Origin: Octopus bimaculoides
Lineage: Eukaryota
NCBI RefSeq assembly: GCF_001194135.2
Contig: NC_068987.1
Span: forward strand, 71,557,824 to 71,600,249
DNA: 42,426 bases
Direction of reading: 5' to 3'
Shown here in pieces: positions 35,690 to 42,426 of the stretch. Numbering within the stretch: position 1 is the stretch's first letter; each line of letters opens with the position of its first letter. The position numbers were made by a program, and so were the translations under genes. The notes beneath the pieces were generated by a model. That model was not told where the DNA came from. It saw only the letters and a program-made list of their open reading frames with translations, and did not search any database.

Positions 35690-36072
35690 TACGAACCACA
35701 TGGTCCCGGGTTTAGTTCCACTGCGTTGCACCTTGGGCAAGTGTCTTCTACTATAGCCTCGGACCGACCAAAGCCTTGTGAGTGGATTTGGTAGACGAAA
35801 ACTGAAAGAAGCCCGTTGTATATATATATGTATATATGTATGTGTGTGTATATGTTTGTGTATCTGTGTTTGTCCCCCAACATCGCTTGACAACCGATGC
35901 TGGTGCATTTACGTCCCCGTAACCTAGTGGTTAGGCAAAAGAGACCGATAAAATAAGTACTAGGCTTACAAAGAATAAGTCCTGGGGTCGATTTGCTCGA
36001 CTAAAGACTGTGCTCCAGCATGGCCACGGTCAAATGACTGAAACAAGTAAAAGAGTAAAGAGTAAAGAGTAT
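35690..36072 (+). mobile_element. Family B SINE, nearly complete, with an (AAGAGT)n-like tail
   Basis: Head remnant, CORE-like ccttgggcaagtgtcttc segment, internal TA/TG microsatellite, tail ending aaacaagtaaaagagtaaagagtaaagag. Confidence 0.9.
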
Positions 36073-36649
36073 AAAATCATGGTCTATCTCGTCGTTAGAT
36101 GACGTATAAGTGTTCGCCAATTTCTGCCGAACGGACGTGTTTTCTTGTGCTAATAAGATTTGCTACTTTCTGGTTGCACAAACAAGTATAATTTTAGTTT
36201 GGACATTTGGAGTCAGTTAAATTGAACCTGCTTGGCGGAGAAGGTTTCTTGACCAAAAAAAAAATTCCCCCTTTATGGGAAGAATTTTAATTTCAAAGTG
36301 TATTGTCTTGGCACATATTTGTTTACATTTTTGAAACATGGCTTCTCGTCAGGAAAAGGGCTACGCACCCCACCCTCGCCCCAAACTGAAATTTACGAAA
36401 TAACCTTTCCTCTTCTCCCGCATTACGAAAAGGAGGTGAGGAACGAAGGATCTGCAGTCGAAAGCACAATTTCCAACGCTACCACAACCAGCAAGACAAC
36501 TGCAAATCTCGAAGAAAAGTTAAATCTAACAGTTGCGGTTTCGCAGCTGTAGTTAAAGTACAAGAGCAACTAGAAATAAATGTTATATACATATAAGGAA
36601 AATAAGACAATGTAGAAAATGCTAAAATAATTTTATCATTAAGTATATT

Positions 36650-36687
36650 TTAGTACCGGTTTCTGTCTTTTAGACTTTTTCAACTAA
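36650..36687 (-). ncRNA. Degenerate minimal hammerhead-ribozyme-like motif
   Basis: Minus strand ttag-tTGAAaA-a-GTC(taaaa)GAC-a-GAAA-CCGG-TA-ctaa: stems I and II pair, stem III is palindromic ACCGGT, two core substitutions. Confidence 0.4.
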
Positions 36688-36894
36688 GAGTAAATTAAGA
36701 AAAACAATTAAATTGGAGAAAAAGAATTAAGTGAAATGTTTTGTAGGTATTTCCATAGTCTTTAAATGGGTAAATATTTCCATAGTCTTCAGATAGTCTG
36801 TCTCTCTCTTTATTCCTTTGTGAATACCTCGTAGGTGGGTAGTAATAAATCTGAAGGAATAGTTTGAGTACGGAGAATTGATGGTTTAAGCAGG

Positions 36895-37005
36895 AGCAGC
36901 CGAGGAAGGAGGAGGAAGAGGAGGAGGAGGATGAGAAGAAGAAGAAGAAGAAGAAAAAGAAGAAGAAGAAGAAGAAATAGGAGTAGGAGAAAGAAAAGAA
37001 AAGAA
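36895..37005. repeat. (GGA)n/(GAA)n purine-rich microsatellite
   Basis: Visible arrays. Confidence 0.93.
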
Positions 37006-37009
37006 AATA

Positions 37010-37665
37010 CAGGAGTACCAAAGACATAATAGTCAGAGTACCTACTCCTAATGACCTCAAATTAAGACCCATAATAGCAGCTAGCTGCATCCGAAACTCA
37101 CCGCCTCAGTAACGTTTTAGACACCCTCTTAAAACCATGCCTCAAGCATATCAAAATCTACATAAAGGACGACCTAGATATGTTCAATCACCTCCCTAAA
37201 AATCTCCTGCTGGTATAATTTCATGTAGTCAAACTCTATTCCAATATCCTTCACAGCCTAGGAATAGAGCAATCCAATTCTGGCTAGAGAATTACTCCAA
37301 ACAATTTCCACACAGCATCAACAAAGAATTCGTAATAAAAGGGCTAAAATTCATCTTTGAGAATAACTTCTTCGTATTTAATGACAAATTCTATCGACAG
37401 AATTCGGGGACTGCGATAGGTACGTGAATGGCCCCCTACTTTGGTAACGTAGTCATGGGGTACCTACAAAAAAATTTTATCGTAAGGTATTAGAAAAATA
37501 CGGGAACCCATTATCCCTGTACATAGAAAGTAACTGTAAAAGATATCTACATGATTGTTTTACTCTTTGGCACGAAAGTATAGAGAGACTTAAATAATTT
37601 CAAGCACTTCTGAATGGACTTGACATAAACATTCAATTTACGATGGAATATATATATATATACAT

Positions 37666-37728
<63 letters not shown>

Positions 37729-38830
37729 TCCTCATTAAAGATTCCAGCAGCAAAATAGAAACCGATATCTACTAATAAACCCACGGACTCCAAGCAATAT
37801 CTGCCATTCAACCCTTGCCACCCACGAAATACTAAAATGAATATCCCTTACAATTTGACAAAAAGGATTTGTACTATAGGATTTCATAAAGCACCAGGGA
37901 CGCACGACTACATGAGCTAAAGGATACACTCACAGCAGAAACTACCTACCATCACAAATTGATATAGGCTTTCAACGTGCCCTACAACTCAACATCCACG
38001 AACTCAGACACCCCAGACTAAAGAAGGATTTACAATCAAAAACCCTACCATACATATCCATGCACAAGCCCCTAAACAATGAGGCCTTTAACACTATCCT
38101 CCAGAACATCCCTTTACTAAAAAGGGGTCACAGAATGGATCAAATCCTCCAAACGCACGCTATCATAAAGAGCAAAAGACAACCCAAGTCAATGAAAAGT
38201 CTTCTAATACAAGTCCAAGTACACTCGTCAACAACATCGAAACCGACAGTAAAAAATGCGGAAGACCTAATTGTGGTATGTGTCAACCTAATTGAAAGAT
38301 TGGAATTATCCTTCAAAAAAGGTCAACGTTTTACAATAAAAAACAACTTCATACGTGCATCGGAAAACCTAATATATGTATTAACTTGCTCAGGGTGGCA
38401 AGAACAATATATTGGTCAAACTAAAAACAGTCTACGTCAGAGGATGGCGATACATAGATCCTAGATTAAAATACGAGGATACAGAAAAATGGAATTATCC
38501 AGTACATCGGTATTTTCACCACTAACGAACAACCAAACTTTAGAATTTTTACCCTCTATAAATTCAGAGACAATGCAACCAATAATCAGCGCATTAACAA
38601 AGAAGCATATTTTATCGCAAAATATAAACCTATTTTGCATGCCGCCACCACCACAGATCAAACTACAACAAGAATTTAGAACACTTCCAACCACTACGAT
38701 CACAACAGGTCACTTTTAGGTAATTCCGTGTACTCTTCGCTGGACGGTAAAACCTGTCTGGAATATAAATTAATATGTAAGGAGGCTTATACATCCACGA
38801 AAATTTTTGTATGTATAAGTCTCCATAGTC
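37010..38830 (+). mobile_element. Penelope-like element (RT plus GIY-YIG endonuclease), decayed and 5'-truncated
   Basis: Across frames: PNDLKLRPIIA, ETHRLSNVLDTLLKP, ENNFFVFNDKFYRQNSGTAIGT*MAPTFGNVVMGYL, KRYLHDCF, NIQFTME, KPTDSKQYLPFNPCHP, NLIYVLTCSGWQEQYIGQTKNSLRQRMAIHR and KEAYFIAKYKP. Confidence 0.93.
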
Positions 38831-38849
38831 ATTATTAATATATTTATTT

Positions 38850-38968
38850 TTTTTATTGCCCACAAGGAGTTAAACATAGAAGGGACAAAGAAGGGATTAA
38901 GTCCATTACATCGACAGCAGTGCGTAGGATGACAGGCAAAGTCTACCTCGGCGGAATTTGAACTCAGA
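38850..38968 (-). mobile_element. Family A SINE truncated at the B-box, with an internal deletion
   Basis: Minus strand ctgagttcaaattccgccgaggtagactttgcc...ccttgtgggcaataaa; same tail as 26739-26954. Confidence 0.85.
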
Positions 38969-38980
38969 AAAAGCGTTACT

Positions 38981-39042
38981 TGCGTCGGCCGGGAATCGAA
39001 CCCGCGCCGCAAGCGAGAACTCTGTCACTGAACTACCGACGC
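38981..39042 (-). pseudogene. tRNA-Gly(GCC)-derived pseudogene with a 9-nt anticodon-arm deletion
   Basis: GCGTCGG TA GTTC AGTGACA GAGT T CTCGC TTGC GGC GCGGG TTCGATT CCCGG CCGACGC A: perfect 7-bp acceptor stem, perfect B-box, 62 nt versus the usual 71, no CCA, T5 run 8 nt downstream. Confidence 0.88.
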
Positions 39043-39502
39043 TCGTATTTATTATTAATATATTACCTTCGTCATTGTTTTGGTATCACACAGTACTACG
39101 TAAATTTAATTTCTTTTAGATCTTAGTTTGCATTAATGCTAAATTTAGAAATTTTAATTCTAGTTCAAATTTTAATCCATAGTCCTTTTTTATTGGTTTA
39201 AAATTTAGAACCCGTATAATGAGGCTGATCTGAATTTACATCTAATTTTCAATAACTTTAACTTGGAATCATCCCATTTGTAACATCCCTCATTCTACCA
39301 GTATTTATATCTTGTCTAATAAGAGAATTCCTGACCTATACAATATGATTGCCACTAACATCTTTTTATTTTCTTATATAATTCTCCCAGATAGCTACAG
39401 ATAAACATTGCAGTCTCAGACTAACCATGTCTATAAACATCCCATATCAAAATGGAGAATATCTAACCTATATACAATGCTAATATGGTAACGTGTGTGA
39501 GT

Positions 39503-39821
39503 GAAGGCGCGTGGTTTAGTGGTTAGGGCATTCGGCCCGTGATTGTAAGGTCATGAGTTCAATTCCCAGCGACGCGTTGTGTCCTTGAGCAAGACACTTT
39601 ATATCACGTTGCTCCAGTCCACTCAGCTGGCAAAAATGAGTTGTACCTATATTTCAAAGGGCCAGGCTTGTCACACTCTGTGTCACATTGAATCTCCCTG
39701 AGAACTGCGCTAGGGTACACGTGTCTGTGGATTGCTCTTACACTTGCACGTTAATTTCACGATGAAGCTGTTCCGTTGATCGTATCATCTGGAACCCTCG
39801 TCGTCGTAACCGACGGAGTGC
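39503..39821 (+). mobile_element. tRNA-derived SINE with a CORE-like middle and a family C tail
   Basis: A-box tggtttagtggtt, B-box gagttcaattcc, gtgtccttgagcaagacactt...ctccagtccactcagctg, tail shared with 28030-28210; possible TSD aacgtgtgt (39490-39498 and 39833-39841). Confidence 0.88.
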
Positions 39822-41493
39822 TAAGAAAATAAAACGTGTGTTGACCTGACTACAAACACTAATGTTTTATGACTTCCCTCTTCCAAATTTTGGAAATACA
39901 ATGCCGCTGCTTCTATTAAATCACTCTTATACCATCCTCTTTCCACCCCTTTGTAACCTGTCTTCCTCTGGTCTCTTTTCTACTTGCATCTTTGCATATT
40001 TTTCTCCCCACTTCCTCAGACAATAGCCATTCCATCAATACTCTAATTGTTATAATCAGAAACAACTCTGATGAAAGCAGCATTAATTTTCTTATGTCGT
40101 TCAATTTTCCTCACTTGATCAATAAATCTATTGGGTAAACCCATCAGTAATGTACCTATAATGACTACTGGAAACAGCTGTAAGCCAAATGTGCTCCAAA
40201 TGTGCTATGTAATGACCATTATTTTGAACTTGTCTGTTGTGTATCACTTTTATGTAAAAATTGATTTGTCTGGAGCTCATTCAGGGGTTTACAATATAGA
40301 ATTGTGATTAACCATAACCTTGGATCATGTCACAAGATTTCCTAGTATTCTTCATTAATCTAAATATTATTGTAAGCCTGGTGTGCCAACAGAGAGCTTA
40401 TGAAATATTTTGCCCAGATTGATAATCCCTCACTATTAGTTCNNNNNNNNNNNNNNNNNNNNNNNNNNNNNNNNNNNNNNNNNNNNNNNNNNNNNNNNNN
40501 NNNNNNNNNNNNNNNNNNNNNNNNNNNNNNNNNNNNNNNNNNNNNNNNNNNNNNNNNNNATATATATATATATATATAACTGTAATTCTTAATATTGTGT
40601 TTGTCGACAGAAAGTCGATAAGTGATCTTTGATAAGAATTATACAAAAAAAATTGAAAATTTTCAGATCGATCTTTCTGTCTCATAATAGAAAATAAAAA
40701 CTGCGAAGTAATCATTGTTTACATGGCGAGTCTAGTGTTTAGTTGAAATGCATTAAGGATCTCAATACACACACAAACACACACCTATATATCTGTGTAT
40801 AACACAGAGACACATGCATACACACATATACACATACTTATACTAATGTAGACATATATATATATTGAGAGATAGATAGACAGAGAGAGATAGAGAGGTT
40901 ATATTATATTATTTTATATTCAGTACATATATATATGTATAATATATTTAAATCAAAATATCTGCGTATATGCATTTATGCACAGTCACCACTCTAACAC
41001 ACACACGCACCCAAAAAATATATATTAGAACTTTAGAAATCCGTACTTCCTCTATCAAAGTATCGTATTTGTCAAGTTGTAAGTTAGATAATGGGTGATA
41101 TTTTGAATGAGAATGTGAGGTTTCTTCGGTAATACAGTTAGATATTGCTATACAATTTACATTCTATTAATCACTAAATCAAAAATGTAACTTAATTGGA
41201 ATATTTTCTAAATGAGTCTGTTTTGATAAAGAATTACTGTCTATCGTGTTTATCATATTTATCCTGCTTAAAATCCGATATTTCTAACGGAGAGCATTTT
41301 TGTTGGAGATAAAAGCGTTCTTAACTGAGAAGACATATGAAGTTATAAACAAGAAACTATTACCACAATGTTGCATTCCCATTCACCATACGGAGGCATG
41401 TAATCGTGTATGTATTTTGTTTCGTTACGCATATATATATACAGTATGTGAAAATTGATAGGAAGATATTTATTATATATTTGTGTAGACATA

Positions 41494-41711
41494 CGAGGAG
41501 GTGCTGAAAAGTTCCTGTCTTTGGGAAAATAAAAATACAGGAGAATCAGTTAATTATGATTTTATTTAACATATTCCCCTCTCAGATTCACACACTTATT
41601 GCAGCGGTCCTTCAGTTTTTCTAAGCCTTGTAAAAGAACTCGGAATGTTGCACCTCGAGCCAGGTCTTTCACGACACCCTTAAAGCCAACAAGTTTTTTT
41701 GCAACCTCTCG
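41494..41711 (-). mobile_element. Mariner-derived MITE
   Basis: TA flanks, TIR cgaggaggtgctgaaaagttcc; interior is the reverse complement of 17432-17648. Confidence 0.88.
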
Positions 41712-42387
41712 TACAGTTATTGTCCATATTTACATATCACATTTCAAAACCAGTACTCAGAGGTTTAAGCACAGTAATTTTAAGAAAACACTGTCGTATT
41801 TATTGTACTAAGTAAAAGTCAAGATGGCGTTGTGGTGCATGATGCGTGTTAAGTATTGCATTTGTTCCCACAAAAAGAGAAAGCAAACGTTTCATACTCT
41901 ATCTGTAAGTCGATACAATAATATTTCTGTTTTACTGCTCATTATTGGAGTGAAGTATTTTATGATCTGATATCTCTCAGTTAATAATGAATTGCACCTT
42001 TTAATACATTGTTTCTATGGGGTGACTTTGTCCAAGTCACTGCACTTTTGGTACACACATAACTATTCATCTTTTGACGTATGCACTTTGAAAACGATAA
42101 AATTGTTTTCTTTGTGACGGTGTTTGAAAGAGCTACTGTTATCTAAATCGACTCCTTCAGTTCCTTATCTGTTAAACCAATATACGGCACAATGCTGGCA
42201 TTTTGTCTCATTTCCAGTGGCCTGATACATGATGCAGTTTCTCATGCACTGGTTATTCAGGGAATATAGCTCAGTATTTCTACATTTACATCAGCTTAAC
42301 AGAAAAGTGGTTTAAGTTTCAGCGCATCTATTTCTAGCATATAGCAGTCCACTTTTGCTGGTCATATCCTCTTATTTTTGTAGATAT

Positions 42388-42426
<39 letters not shown>

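Noticed and set aside
38730-38790. Hammerhead at the 3' end of the Penelope element
   Set aside because: A stem-like layout exists but neither CTGANGA nor GAAA-stem-UH can be assigned.
40060-40185. CTGATGA (near 40068) paired with gaaacagctgtaag (near 40170) as a hammerhead
   Set aside because: The boxes are about 95 nt apart with only a 2-bp stem I; at most a decayed relative of the 8393 motif.

Overview
Repeat-dominated, AT-rich eukaryotic genomic DNA with many N gaps, almost all flanked by (TA)n, (GA)n or (GT)n microsatellites. The SINE families and microsatellite load suggest an octopus (coleoid cephalopod) draft assembly; this is an inference from remembered family resemblance, not a search. 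No host protein-coding gene could be established, and nearly all listed ORFs are microsatellite or N-gap artefacts. Coding-derived sequence is all decayed transposable elements: a Helitron Rep-helicase fragment with a matching CTAG 3' end (12328-13550, minus, largely missed by the ORF track), a 5'-truncated RTE-clade LINE (about 23120-25720), a structurally complete hAT/Buster element with an 8-bp TSD (31961-34175) and a Penelope-like element with RT plus GIY-YIG (about 37010-38830). There are also three mariner-derived MITEs and about 15 tRNA-derived SINE copies or fragments. Most notable: a Merlin-like MITE with perfect 37-bp TIRs carrying a telomere-repeat palindrome (2700-3228); several minimal hammerhead-ribozyme-like motifs in Penelope-type terminal repeats; a tRNA-Gly pseudogene joined through its T5 terminator to a SINE; SINEs that exchange heads and tails; and a near-perfect 187-bp foldback (16795-16981).
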